A stretch of 64,000 nt of DNA from an uncultured Alphaproteobacteria bacterium (GCA_964017825.1 CAXHMA010000001.1:193115-257114); one strand, 5' to 3'; counted from the stretch's first letter, positions 41,289 through 51,079 are shown. Notes: generated from the letters alone by a model not told the origin. Numbers and translations: made by a program.

Positions 41289-41999
41289 TTAAGCCTTAGC
41301 CGCATCTTTTCTCGGACGGCCGCGTTTCTTCGGCGCCTCATCGGCTTTAACTTTGGCCGGGCGCCCGCGCTTCTTGGGAGCCGTTTCAACCTTTGCTTTC
41401 GCCGGACGACCGCGTTTTTTCGGTGCCGCAGTTGCTTTTTTTGCCTTTTTCTTTTTGCCCTTGTTTTCTTTTAGCTCAGCCTGTTGACGCGAAATCAGCA
41501 TAGCCTTTTCCAAATCTTTTTCAGAGCAAAGACCGACTGCCATCGGGTTAATCGGGCGCAGGTTTGCCATATTGCCGTGCGTTCCTTCGCGGATAGACGT
41601 AATCGTCGGCTTTGTCGTACCGATAAGTTTGCAAATCTGCGAATCCATAACTTCCGGACAATTTTTGATAATCCACAAAACCGCATTCGGCTTTTCCGCA
41701 CGCTGTGTCGGCGAAAGGACCTTCTTTGCCTTTGCGTTTCTTTCTTTAACATTCTTTTCCAGCGGTGTCGCCGTCAAAACGGCTTTTTCGTCAGCTTCGC
41801 AGCGTTTAATCTCTTCTGCGGACAACTGTCCGTTGGAAATCGGGCTGACGCCCAGAATATTATAGGCAATATCGCCGTCCGCAATAGCCTGAATTTCCAA
41901 CTCGTGCAGTTCGCAGAAATCCGCAATCTGTTTAAAAGTCAGGGTTGTATTTTCAACCAACCAGACCGCTGTTGCCTTAGGCATTAAAGGTGCTGTCAT
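41289..41999 (-). CDS. DUF1013-family alphaproteobacterial protein with C-terminal AT-hook repeats (KKRGRPAK x3)
   Basis: 'MPKATAVWLVENTTLTFKQIADFC' conserved N-terminus. Minus-strand terminator at 41238-41262. Confidence 0.75.
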   Translation of the reverse strand: MTAPLMPKATAVWLVENTTLTFKQIADFCELHELEIQAIADGDIAYNILGVSPISNGQLSAEEIKRCEADEKAVLTATPLEKNVKERNAKAKKVLSPTQRAEKPNAVLWIIKNCPEVMDSQICKLIGTTKPTITSIREGTHGNMANLRPINPMAVGLCSEKDLEKAMLISRQQAELKENKGKKKKAKKATAAPKKRGRPAKAKVETAPKKRGRPAKVKADEAPKKRGRPRKDAAKA

Positions 42000-42163
42000 T
42001 TCATCATCCTTTCTAATAAAATAAAACTGTTGTTTTTAACCTATATTGATTTTATCCGAGATACAAGCATTATCATTTTTTCTACACAAACTTGTATCAA
42101 ATGCGGGATAAATAAAAACCTGTATTTTCATACAGGCTTTCATAACGCTTACCGAGGCAAAAT

Positions 42164-42394
42164 TTAGTTTGCAACTTTCAAACCAAACTTGGCAAACTTA
42201 TTGTTAAATTTGCCGACCTGACCGCCGGAATCTACCATGCGGTGCACGCCTGTCCAAGCCGGATGAGATTTCGGATCAAGTTCCAAAGTCATCTTATCGC
42301 CGGCTTTGCCCCAAGTTGAATGAACTTTCATTTCTGTCCCGTCGGTCATTACATATGTAATTTCATGATAATCGGGGTGAATACCTTTTTTCAT
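42164..42394 (-). CDS. rpmE: 50S ribosomal protein L31 (non-zinc-binding form)
   Basis: '[22 protein letters not shown]'. No CxxC pairs. Confidence 0.9.
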   Translation of the reverse strand: MKKGIHPDYHEITYVMTDGTEMKVHSTWGKAGDKMTLELDPKSHPAWTGVHRMVDSGGQVGKFNNKFAKFGLKVAN

Positions 42395-42487
42395 TATTAT
42401 CTCCAATATTAAACTTCTCAAAAAAATTTACCAACCTTATACATGACACTTTTATAGAATGCAAGCATAATTTTGCAAATTTTTAAA

Positions 42488-43288
42488 TTATTTTAAAACT
42501 TTGGCAATTTTTTGGCTGAGGTTGAAGCTGACCGCAACCGGATTGCCCGAATTCAAAACCGCCGCCAAGTCTTCGGTGCGCGTGTCCGCCTGTTCCAAAT
42601 CCAGCGCCATACCGCCCGCTTCTTTAACCAGCAGAATTCCCGCTGCCATGCTCGCAAGCATTAAACGAGGCGCAATCACGGCATCAAGCTTTCCGGCTGC
42701 AACATAAGCCAAATCCAGCGCGACACATCCGCTGATGCGAACATCGCGGCACATTGCCAGCGTGTTATTAATAATCCTGGCCGTCTGCTCAGCTTCTTCC
42801 GTATCAGGCTTCACCGCAACCAGCGCGCCTTCAAGCTCCTGTTTAGCGGAAACGCGCAAACGCTCGTGGCTCCTGAAACCTTCTTTATAAGCACCTTTGC
42901 CTTTTTCGGCAAAAAACAACTCGTCGCGCGCCGGATTATAAACCAAGCCGCACAAAATCGTCTGCCCGTTCATCAAAGCTGCGGAAATGGCAAATTCCGG
43001 ATTGCCGTGCGCAAAGTTCGCCAGACCTTCAATACCTGAAACTGTCAGATACATACCGTCCTTCGGTGCTTTCTCGTTAACCGAAACCACCGGAAGCGCA
43101 GGCAAAACTTTTCCCAGTTCCGCCTTTAAGCCTTTTTGAATCTTATCAAACGCGATGCGCGTAAAATCCAAACTGCCTTTAATCGAGTTCTGCAAACGCT
43201 CAATCTCGCTGAAATCGCGATTAAGATTGACCGAAGCCTTCTTGACCGCCGTAACGATATTGGTGAGCATAGGTGAAATGTATGCCAT
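42488..43288 (-). CDS. Inositol monophosphatase-family protein, apparently catalytically degenerate
   Basis: IMPase fold-length protein. The canonical DPxDGT is replaced by 'VSGIEGLANFAHG' and WDxAAG by 'SMAAG'. ATG overlaps the efp stop (TAATG). Confidence 0.7.
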   Translation of the reverse strand: MAYISPMLTNIVTAVKKASVNLNRDFSEIERLQNSIKGSLDFTRIAFDKIQKGLKAELGKVLPALPVVSVNEKAPKDGMYLTVSGIEGLANFAHGNPEFAISAALMNGQTILCGLVYNPARDELFFAEKGKGAYKEGFRSHERLRVSAKQELEGALVAVKPDTEEAEQTARIINNTLAMCRDVRISGCVALDLAYVAAGKLDAVIAPRLMLASMAAGILLVKEAGGMALDLEQADTRTEDLAAVLNSGNPVAVSFNLSQKIAKVLK

Positions 43289-43851
43289 TATTTTGCTCTC
43301 TCAACATAGTTGGCTTCTTCGGTGCCGACAACAATCTTCTCGCCGGTGGCGATAAACGGGGGAACTCCGATGCGCATGCCGTTGTCCAAAATCGCCGGTT
43401 TGTAAGAAGAAGTAACCGTCTGCCCTTTGATTACAGGTTCTGTCTCTACAACCGTGCAGACAACCTGCTGCGGCAGCTGTACCGAAATCGGACGGTCGTT
43501 AATGTGAGAAATGCGGACGGTCATGCCTTCAACCAAAAACGGACGCGAGTCGCCCAAAATATCCGCAGGCATGGAGAACTGTTCAAATGTTTCCGCTTCC
43601 ATAAAGTTCAATCCTGTGCCGTCTTCAAACAAGAACTGGCAGTCTTTATCTTCCACCATCATCTTTTCAACGGTATCTTCGGTTCTGAAACGCTCGTTGG
43701 TTTTCGTTCCTTCCTCAACGGCTTTCATTTCAACCTGCATAAACGCACCGCCTTTGCCCGGCTTAATGTGCTGTGCTTTGGTAATTGTCCACGGTTTGCC
43801 TTTGTATTCAATAACCCAACCGATTCTGATTGCTCCGGCTAATTGTTTCAT
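43288..43851 (-). CDS. efp: Elongation factor P
   Basis: Canonical EF-P sequence (KPGKGGAFMQVEMK). Confidence 0.95.
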   Translation of the reverse strand: MKQLAGAIRIGWVIEYKGKPWTITKAQHIKPGKGGAFMQVEMKAVEEGTKTNERFRTEDTVEKMMVEDKDCQFLFEDGTGLNFMEAETFEQFSMPADILGDSRPFLVEGMTVRISHINDRPISVQLPQQVVCTVVETEPVIKGQTVTSSYKPAILDNGMRIGVPPFIATGEKIVVGTEEANYVERAK

Positions 43852-44178
43852 TTGTTCATTCTCCATATTTACAATGTTGATATTAGTCTTAGAAATATTT
43901 TCTGCCGCATAAAATAACGCCGAAATTTTTATTTTGCAACAAAAAACGTATTTTAGACAAAATTTCTTAAAAATATAGAGAAATTCGCAATTAGCCGCTC
44001 ATTGTCCGCCCGATTAAAAAGTGAAAATTTGAGATGAATAAAAGCATAAGCAATCCATACCAGAGTAGTTATAGTAAAAAAAATGCGGAATTTTGCGAAA
44101 TAGCCGCAGATGTCCCCCGAGGAGCACAAGTGTACATAAACGTACACGACGCGACGAAGAGGGGCTTCCATCTGCGAG

Positions 44179-44694
44179 TTAGTTCACAAAATTACACGTT
44201 TTTTTAATCACAAAATCTGTCCGCAGGGCTGAGGTATCAACCTCCTCTTCCATTACCCACGCGGCGGATTGGATAAGGAAAAAGTCAGCATACCAGTCTG
44301 TCAGTTCTTTAACGCTTTCAATACCGTCGTTCCAAACCTTGAAAACCACAAAATCAGGCTCCGCTTCCGAAACAAGCATGCTCTCGTGCCGACGGTTGCG
44401 CGTAAACAGCCCGACAATACTGCCCTTGCCAAGTTCTTTGCGCACATTGCCAAGCTTGTCTTTCACATCTTCGGCGCCCAAATCTAAAATCACGCCGTCC
44501 GCGCCGTATGCTTTCGCCGCCGCAACCGCATTATCGCCGTAAAACAGCACAAGCTTTTCCCCTTCCGCCGCTTTGGCAATAAATATGCGGCAACACGCTT
44601 CGTCAAGCGCCGCGTTTAAGACATAGCACTCCTCGCCCATATTTTCCAAAATCTTTTCATTTATTTCATCAACGCGCACAATATTCTTTTGCAT
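44179..44694 (-). CDS. ThiE/TenI-like (TMP-synthase superfamily) small protein
   Basis: Weak resemblance only ('ADGVILDLGAED'). Confidence 0.35.
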   Translation of the reverse strand: MQKNIVRVDEINEKILENMGEECYVLNAALDEACCRIFIAKAAEGEKLVLFYGDNAVAAAKAYGADGVILDLGAEDVKDKLGNVRKELGKGSIVGLFTRNRRHESMLVSEAEPDFVVFKVWNDGIESVKELTDWYADFFLIQSAAWVMEEEVDTSALRTDFVIKKTCNFVN

Positions 44695-44776
44695 AAGTCG
44701 TTTTGCCTCTTGTCAATCAGATGTTTAGACCATATTAATATAAATAACACATTGTTTTTAGAAACGGAAGCCAAAA

Positions 44777-44986
44777 ATGGAAGAGACAGCAAAATATTTC
44801 CCGCAGACCGCAGCAGCGCTTGCCGCTCTGGCGGAAACCGCCGCCGTTTTAAAAGAGAATGCCGCGCTTTCCGGTGCTGAAAAAGAAGAGCTGAAAGAAA
44901 AACTGTCTTCCATGCGTCAACAGCTTGCCGATAAAGCCGCCTGCATAGACGAGATAATTTGCCGGCTTAACGGAGCAATCAAGTAA
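44777..44986 (+). CDS. DUF4164-family small coiled-coil protein
   Basis: Conserved partner upstream of zapA in alphaproteobacteria. Confidence 0.6.
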   Translation: MEETAKYFPQTAAALAALAETAAVLKENAALSGAEKEELKEKLSSMRQQLADKAACIDEIICRLNGAIK

Positions 44987-44987
44987 T

Positions 44988-45326
44988 ATGGCACAGGTTG
45001 TTATTACCATAAACTATCGCGAATATGCCGTTTCCTGTGAAAACGGTCAGGAAGTCCATATTATGAAGTTGGCGCGCCAGCTGGATGAAAAAGCCAAAGC
45101 GTTAACCTCTGCATTGGGACATATTAACGAAAACCAGCTTCTGGCGATGGTCGGCCTTTTGGTTGCCGATGAGCTGAGCGAAGCCAAAAAGGCCGCGCCC
45201 GCAACGCCCGAGTCAAGCCCGAAACCCGATGTTGACCTTGCCGCCATAGACGCCGAATTGGCCGCAAATATAAATTCTTTAAACGAAACCATAAAATCTG
45301 TTGCAACTAAGATTAAATCCGTATAA
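44988..45326 (+). CDS. zapA: Cell division protein ZapA
   Basis: 'VVITINYREYAVSCENGQEVHI' ZapA N-terminus. Confidence 0.85.
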   Translation: MAQVVITINYREYAVSCENGQEVHIMKLARQLDEKAKALTSALGHINENQLLAMVGLLVADELSEAKKAAPATPESSPKPDVDLAAIDAELAANINSLNETIKSVATKIKSV

Positions 45327-45345
45327 GATAGATTATATAATAAAC

Positions 45346-45508
45346 GGACTGCCCTTCGCGTATTGAACCGCATATCTTCCGGGCCAACACTACTTAATAG
45401 GGAGCTGTCTCTGTCAGAATCGTGGTTCTGTTATATGGCGCCCACCTTATCTTGCGGGTATCGGAAAGAATGATACATATACGGTCCGGGCGGTCCGCCT
45501 CATATTTT
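45346..45508 (+). ncRNA. ssrS: Candidate 6S RNA (ssrS) downstream of zapA
   Basis: 5' GGACUGCCC pairs with 3' GGGCGGUCC, enclosing ~130 nt, followed by a U-run. Position matches the conserved zapA-ssrS synteny. Confidence 0.4.
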
Positions 45509-45521
45509 AAGGAACAATAAA

Positions 45522-46319
45522 TTGAAAATTCTATACTGCGGAGACATCGTCGGACGTGCCGGCAGAAACACAATTACCCGACATATAAAAGAAATCAGAG
45601 AGAAATACGGCATTGACGCAATCATTGTCAACGGAGAAAACGCCGCGCACGGCTTCGGCCTCAGCCCGAGCATTGCCGAAGATTTGTTAAACGCCGGCGT
45701 TGACGGCATTACCACCGGCAACCATATTTGGCAGCAGCGCGAAATCTATCCGTTTTTGGATAACTCTTCGCAGATTATCCGCCCGCTGAATTATCCTGAT
45801 AATCTCCCCGGCAAAGGATATCAAATTTTGGATATCAACGGTAAAAAACTCCTGATTGCCCAAGTGCTGGGACGCCAGTTTATGCCGCCGATTAACAGCA
45901 TTACCGAACCGTTGGATGAATTATTGAAACGCTTTGTCTTGGGCAAAACCGTAGATGCCATCCTCGTTGATATGCACGCCGAAGCAACGTCTGAAAAACT
46001 GGCGCTCGGCTATTATCTGGACGGCAGAGTAAGCCTCGTTGCCGGCACGCATACCCATGTTCCGACCGCCGACGCACGCATCCTGCCGGCGCAAACCGGC
46101 TATATCACCGATGTCGGCATGTGCGGCGATTTTGACTCCGTTTTGGGCTTTGAACCGCAAACCCCCATGGAACGTCTGGCTGAAAAACATACCTTGCAAA
46201 ACCGGCTTAATCCCGCCAACGGCAAAGAGCTGACCCTCTGGGGTGTCATGATAGAAACCGGTAAAGACGGGCTCTGCCAATCCATCACCCAAATCAAAGA
46301 AGTATTTGAAAACATATAA
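45522..46319 (+). CDS. YmdB-like metallophosphoesterase (2',3'-cyclic nucleotide phosphodiesterase family)
   Basis: 'MKILYCGDIVGRAGR…VNGENAAHGFG'. Confidence 0.85.
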   Translation: MKILYCGDIVGRAGRNTITRHIKEIREKYGIDAIIVNGENAAHGFGLSPSIAEDLLNAGVDGITTGNHIWQQREIYPFLDNSSQIIRPLNYPDNLPGKGYQILDINGKKLLIAQVLGRQFMPPINSITEPLDELLKRFVLGKTVDAILVDMHAEATSEKLALGYYLDGRVSLVAGTHTHVPTADARILPAQTGYITDVGMCGDFDSVLGFEPQTPMERLAEKHTLQNRLNPANGKELTLWGVMIETGKDGLCQSITQIKEVFENI

Positions 46320-46326
46320 AAAAAGA

Positions 46327-46352
46327 CCTCCCGCTTTAAGGGAGGGCTTTTT
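46327..46352. terminator. Bidirectional intrinsic terminator
   Basis: cctccc-gctttaa-gggagg plus flanking T/A runs. Confidence 0.75.
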
Positions 46353-46358
46353 ACGCGC

Positions 46359-46868
46359 TTATTTTGCTCTGATGTTATAAAGCACACCGTTCTCACGGTA
46401 GAGCGTTGCTAATCGCAAATGGTCTGTCAAATCTGCTAAATCTTGCCAAGGCCACCCGCTTCTTATTATGTCAAGTTCCACGGCTGTACAGGATTTACCG
46501 TTTTTAATCACCGAATTTACAGTAACCTTAACTTTGCGCACTTTTCTTTTAGAATTACCGTTATACCTGGCAATTTCCTTGCCGTTAAAACTATAAACAA
46601 CGACATCATCGCCTTTACAAAAAACAAAGACTTGAACATTCTCATCAATCAAAAGCTTATCGTAATTCTCTTCAAGGACAACTCCTTTCTTGCGCAGTCC
46701 GTAAAGAGTTTTACTCGTACCCCAACTGTAATAATACGTTGAAGTAACAAGCTCGGCGTTGCTGCCGTATGAAGTGTAAGTTAAATCAACCTTAACTTCC
46801 TGACTCCGTGAGTATGCGCTTAAAGCAACACACATCATTACAAAAAGAACAAAAAATAATTTTTTCAC
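46359..46868 (-). CDS. Secreted 169-aa protein, paralogue A
   Basis: Signal peptide. ~35-40% identity to the neighbouring 47033-47542 product. Confidence 0.7.
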   Translation of the reverse strand: MKKLFFVLFVMMCVALSAYSRSQEVKVDLTYTSYGSNAELVTSTYYYSWGTSKTLYGLRKKGVVLEENYDKLLIDENVQVFVFCKGDDVVVYSFNGKEIARYNGNSKRKVRKVKVTVNSVIKNGKSCTAVELDIIRSGWPWQDLADLTDHLRLATLYRENGVLYNIRAK

Positions 46869-46992
46869 AATAAACCGGGATATTTAAAGAGGCTTGATTT
46901 GACCGGATCCTCATTACAAAATAATTATTATTAGCTGAAAATATATCATTAAAAGCAATTTTTGTCAATATTTTTTTTAATAAAATTAAAAA

Positions 46993-47017
46993 ACCTCCCG
47001 CTCCGGGGAGGTTTTTG
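46993..47017. terminator. Bidirectional intrinsic terminator
   Basis: cctccc-gctccg-gggagg plus T5. Confidence 0.7.
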
Positions 47018-47032
47018 ATGTTTGATGCAACG

Positions 47033-47542
47033 CTATAACTCTGTGGCTTTTTCACCTTCAATCAGGAATAACCTGCCGTAGGTACGGCAAAATGTTCCCA
47101 GCTCAATTTCACGATACCCCAAAGAAGTATCGCCTTTTCGCGGCGTACAACAGAATTTTACGGTTTTATAGACATATGAACCCTTAAAAGACGTAACAAC
47201 CATCATACTCCGCTTGTCAAAACGGTCACATCTCTGGTCTTGGGCTTCAACTTTCGCTAACTCTTTACCGTCTCTCACTCTGTAAACGGCAGCATATTTT
47301 TCATTAAAAAAGATAAATACGCGCAAGTTTTCCTCAACCATAAGTTCACAGTCTTGCACAAGAACAATCCCGTTTTTGCGCAGCCCGTACAGCACGCTGC
47401 TTTTACCGCCGTTGAAATATGTGGTTGTCACAAGATCAACGCCTTGGCCGTATTCGGTGTGGGTAACGTCCACTTTATCACCGGCTGACGCGCCCAAAGC
47501 AACGCACAAAACGGCAATAAACAAAACAATAATTTTCTTCAC
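47033..47542 (-). CDS. Secreted 169-aa protein, paralogue B
   Basis: Signal peptide. Shares its upstream leader sequence with paralogue A. Confidence 0.7.
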   Translation of the reverse strand: MKKIIVLFIAVLCVALGASAGDKVDVTHTEYGQGVDLVTTTYFNGGKSSVLYGLRKNGIVLVQDCELMVEENLRVFIFFNEKYAAVYRVRDGKELAKVEAQDQRCDRFDKRSMMVVTSFKGSYVYKTVKFCCTPRKGDTSLGYREIELGTFCRTYGRLFLIEGEKATEL

Positions 47543-47708
47543 TATATGCCGGAATGTTTAAAGAGGCTTCATTTGACCGGATCCTCTGTTTATAGAACAA
47601 AATAATTTATATCTGCGGCAATTTATATATAAACCGCCGTTTTTTGTCAATAAAAAACTGCCCGCCGGCATCAAACCCGCGGACAGCCGTATTCGGTGAA
47701 ATGTATTT

Positions 47709-48164
47709 TTACCGTACGGGGTGAGCGTAATTATAGCAGCTCATAACCAAATCTTCTTTTTTGTAAAACACTTTGTATGCCGCATACAGAAGCGAAAGTA
47801 CAATTGCCGCCATATAAACGTCATAAACCGGCATATAGTTGTTTAAGAAGACTGTCATGCTGTCGGAACCTGTCGTAAAGTAGTCTACGATCAGCGACAC
47901 AATGGCATAGATGACTGAAAAATACGGTATCCACCCGATAGAGGCTAAAAATACGGAAAGCCGCGGAAAGTTTTCATTCATCCGGTGAACGAATCCCCAG
48001 GATGAAATGAAAGACAGCGAGAGCGCCAATACCGCAACCCAGAACAAAACGTACAACACACCGCCCATGGCATAACTCAACTGTGTGTTAAACAGGGCAA
48101 TGATGAATGCCAGCAGCTGATACATGCCACCGAGCAGCAAAAGTTCATTTCTGCATATTTTCAT
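47709..48164 (-). CDS. Hypothetical membrane protein (4 TM helices)
   Basis: ORF only. Confidence 0.5.
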   Translation of the reverse strand: MKICRNELLLLGGMYQLLAFIIALFNTQLSYAMGGVLYVLFWVAVLALSLSFISSWGFVHRMNENFPRLSVFLASIGWIPYFSVIYAIVSLIVDYFTTGSDSMTVFLNNYMPVYDVYMAAIVLSLLYAAYKVFYKKEDLVMSCYNYAHPVR

Positions 48165-48467
48165 AATGACCTCCTTAAAATGAGATGATACACAAAAATC
48201 ACCATAAAACACATATGCACGCCGCACACCGCTTCCAACCTAGGCTTTCGTCGGTATAAGGTTATAGCAAAAAGTCTGCCCGCCGTCCGAAACAGCGGGC
48301 TTATCGTCAACCGCTGGATTGCCGCGTCGCTCCGCTCCTCGCAATAACTCACAAAAAAGCGAGCCAAACTGACTCGCTCTAACTCTTTCATAAAAATAAG
48401 GGGCAGAATTTCTCTGCCCCTGCAATGGGTGGGATAAAGCACATCCCCCTATCGTAAAAACACGATA

Positions 48468-48570
48468 AAGGGCGGTGCTGGCGTCGGATGTCCTGCCCCA
48501 AAGCGCAGCGTACATAGAGGTACGTGAGCATTTGGGGACAGGCCTCCATCCGGCGATTTGACCGCCCTTT
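48468..48570. other. ~100-nt extended imperfect hairpin in a 350-bp non-coding region downstream of tuf
   Basis: aagggcggt(48468)…accgccctt(48570) closing stem with nested gtcctgcccca/tggggacagg pairing. No SRP consensus found. Confidence 0.3.
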
Positions 48571-48579
48571 TGCGCGTTT

Positions 48580-49770
48580 TTACTCTACGATTTTGGTTAC
48601 AACACCTGCACCAACCGTATGCCCGCCCTCACGGATAGCGAAACGCAAACCTTCGTTCATCGCAATCGGGTGAATCAATGTGGCGGTCATTGTGATGTTA
48701 TCGCCCGGCATTACCATTTCTGTACCTTCTTTAAGTTCAATGGAACCCGTTACGTCAGTCGTACGGAAATAGAACTGAGGACGATAGTTGTTGAAGAACG
48801 GTGTGTGACGGCCGCCTTCTTCTTTCGTCAGAATGTAGCATTCGCAAACGAATTTTGTATGCGGGGTGATGGAACCCGGAGCTGCCAATACCTGGCCGCG
48901 TTCAACTTCTTCACGCTTTGTACCGCGCAGCAATACACCGATGTTGTCGCCGGCTTCGCCTTCGTCCAACAATTTGCGGAACATTTCAATACCCGTACAT
49001 GTGGTCTTCTGTGTCGGTTTGATACCTACGATTTCGATTTCATCACCGACATGCAATACACCGCGTTCTACACGACCGGTAACAACCGTACCGCGGCCGG
49101 AAATTGAGAAGACGTCTTCAATCGGCATCAGGAACGGCAAGTCTTTCGGACGATCCGGCTGCGGAATATAAGAGTCAACAGCTTTCATCAATTCAATAAT
49201 GGAATCATGACCGATTTTTGCATCGCCGTTTTCCAATACGGCCAATGCCGAACCTTTAACGATCGGAATTTCGTCGCCCGGGAATTCATAGGAACTCAAC
49301 AGGTCGCGGATTTCCATTTCTACCAATTCCAACAACTCAGGATCATCTACCTGGTCTACTTTGTTCATGTATACAACAATTGCCGGAACGCCTACCTGAC
49401 GAGCCAACAAGATGTGTTCACGTGTTTGCGGCATCGGACCGTCAGCGGAAGACACAACCAAAATCGCACCGTCCATCTGAGCAGCACCCGTAATCATGTT
49501 TTTAACATAGTCGGCGTGGCCCGGGCAGTCAACGTGTGCATAGTGGCGGTTTTCCGTCTCGTATTCAACGTGAGACGTATTAATGGTAATACCGCGTGCA
49601 CGCTCTTCAGGAGCTTTATCAATGTTTGCATAATCTACAAATTCAGCATCGCCTTTTTCAGCCAATACTTTTGTGATTGCTGCCGTTAATGTTGTTTTGC
49701 CGTGGTCTACGTGACCGATCGTGCCGATGTTGCAGTGTGGCTTACTGCGTTCAAACTTCTCTTTTGCCAT
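48580..49770 (-). CDS. tuf: Elongation factor Tu
   Basis: Canonical EF-Tu ([14 protein letters not shown]). Confidence 0.98.
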   Translation of the reverse strand: MAKEKFERSKPHCNIGTIGHVDHGKTTLTAAITKVLAEKGDAEFVDYANIDKAPEERARGITINTSHVEYETENRHYAHVDCPGHADYVKNMITGAAQMDGAILVVSSADGPMPQTREHILLARQVGVPAIVVYMNKVDQVDDPELLELVEMEIRDLLSSYEFPGDEIPIVKGSALAVLENGDAKIGHDSIIELMKAVDSYIPQPDRPKDLPFLMPIEDVFSISGRGTVVTGRVERGVLHVGDEIEIVGIKPTQKTTCTGIEMFRKLLDEGEAGDNIGVLLRGTKREEVERGQVLAAPGSITPHTKFVCECYILTKEEGGRHTPFFNNYRPQFYFRTTDVTGSIELKEGTEMVMPGDNITMTATLIHPIAMNEGLRFAIREGGHTVGAGVVTKIVE

Positions 49771-49825
49771 CTTAATCTTCACCCTAAAATATTGTGTTGT
49801 GACGAGGCAGTTATTAAAGGAAAAA

Positions 49826-49899
49826 TGGAGCGGGTGAAGGGAATCGAACCCTCGTCATAAGCTTGGAAGGCTTCTGCTCTACCATTGAGCTACACCCGC
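49826..49899 (-). tRNA. tRNA-Gly (anticodon UCC)
   Basis: GCGGGTGTAGCTCAATGGTAGAGC…CTTCCAA…GGTTCGATTCC…CACCCGCTCCA. Close to E. coli glyT. Confidence 0.85.
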
Positions 49900-49948
49900 T
49901 CAAACCAAACATCCTGAAACAAAAACCTATTTATCAAGACGATTTTAA

Positions 49949-50034
49949 CTGGTGGAGGGGGATGGATTCGAACCATCGTAGACTAAAGTCGACGGATTTA
50001 CAGTCCGTTGCATTTGACCGCTCTGCCACCCCTC
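49949..50034 (-). tRNA. tRNA-Tyr (anticodon GUA), long variable arm
   Basis: GGAGGGGTGGCAGAGCGG…ACGGA-CTGTAAA-TCCGT…GGTTCGAATCC…CCCCTCCACCA. Confidence 0.85.
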
Positions 50035-50191
50035 CGCAAAAATCGCACGCGAGGGAAAAAGAACAATGTCTTTCAACCTGACAAAAGGAATAAAAACTTA
50101 TTTTTCCGATAATGTCAACAAGTTTTTTATCAATTATTAAAGTTTTTTTTGATAACTTTTATTTATTCGGCAATTTGAAGGAGATGCGCCC

Positions 50192-51079
50192 ATGGAAAAC
50201 ATTTTAACCGAACGGAATAACCCCGATACCGAAAATATAGACCTTATGGATACCGCAGGCATTTTGCAGACAATCAATAACGAAGATTTAAAAGTAGCAT
50301 TTGCCGTCCAAAAGGCGCTTCCGGAAATCGGCAAAGCCGTTGACATCATCGCTGCATCGTTCCTAAAAGGCGGCAGACTTGCTTATTTCGGCGCCGGAAC
50401 CAGCGGCAGGCTCGGCGTATTGGATGCTTCCGAATGTTGGCCGACATTTTCCGCACCCGAAGAAATGGTCACCGGTTACATTGCCGGCGGCGATTATGCC
50501 CTGCGGCATGCCGTGGAAAACGCCGAAGACAGCGCCGAATTTGCCCTGAAAGATATTGCGCATTTTACCCCCGCGGCAAACGATATTGTTGTCGGCATTT
50601 CCGCTTCCGGCAATCCTCAGTATGTTTTAACCGTTTTGGAAGAAGCCCGTGCAAAAGGCGCCCGAACCGTCGGCATTACCACTAACCCCGAAGCTAAATT
50701 AAAAGCTTTGTGCGATGTCTGCATTGTTGCCGAAGTCGGTCCCGAAGTCATAACCGGCTCCAGCCGCATGAAATCCGGCACCGCGCAAAAAATGATATTA
50801 AATATGCTGACAACCGCTTCCATGGTTAAAATCGGCAAAACCTATGGCAATTACATGATAGATGTACGGCTTAGCAATACAAAACTCATTGACCGCGGCA
50901 ACCGCATTATCGCCGCCATATGCGAGATTCCGCTTGCAAAAGCCGAAGAATATCGTATAAAAGCAGAAAATAACGTCAAAACCGCCTGCGTCATGTATCA
51001 TAAACAATGCACCAAAGAAGAGGCGGAAACCCTGCTTGCCGAACACAACGGCATCCTCAGAAAGGTATTAAAAAAATGA
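50192..51079 (+). CDS. murQ: N-acetylmuramic acid 6-phosphate etherase
   Basis: SIS domain 'GRLAYFGAGTSGRLGVLDASECWPTF'. Confidence 0.88.
   Translation: MENILTERNNPDTENIDLMDTAGILQTINNEDLKVAFAVQKALPEIGKAVDIIAASFLKGGRLAYFGAGTSGRLGVLDASECWPTFSAPEEMVTGYIAGGDYALRHAVENAEDSAEFALKDIAHFTPAANDIVVGISASGNPQYVLTVLEEARAKGARTVGITTNPEAKLKALCDVCIVAEVGPEVITGSSRMKSGTAQKMILNMLTTASMVKIGKTYGNYMIDVRLSNTKLIDRGNRIIAAICEIPLAKAEEYRIKAENNVKTACVMYHKQCTKEEAETLLAEHNGILRKVLKK

Noticed and set aside
48468-48570. Considered whether the extended hairpin downstream of tuf is 4.5S/SRP RNA.
   Set aside because: There is no GNRA tetraloop followed by the AAGCAGCC-type helix-8 motif on either strand, so I did not call it SRP RNA. 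It is kept only as an unexplained structured element.
49863-50081. 72-aa ORF overlapping tRNA-Gly/tRNA-Tyr, and 59513-59773 overlapping tRNA-Ser.
   Set aside because: They overlap confidently folded tRNA genes on the opposite strand, and their translations are low-complexity. They are spurious.
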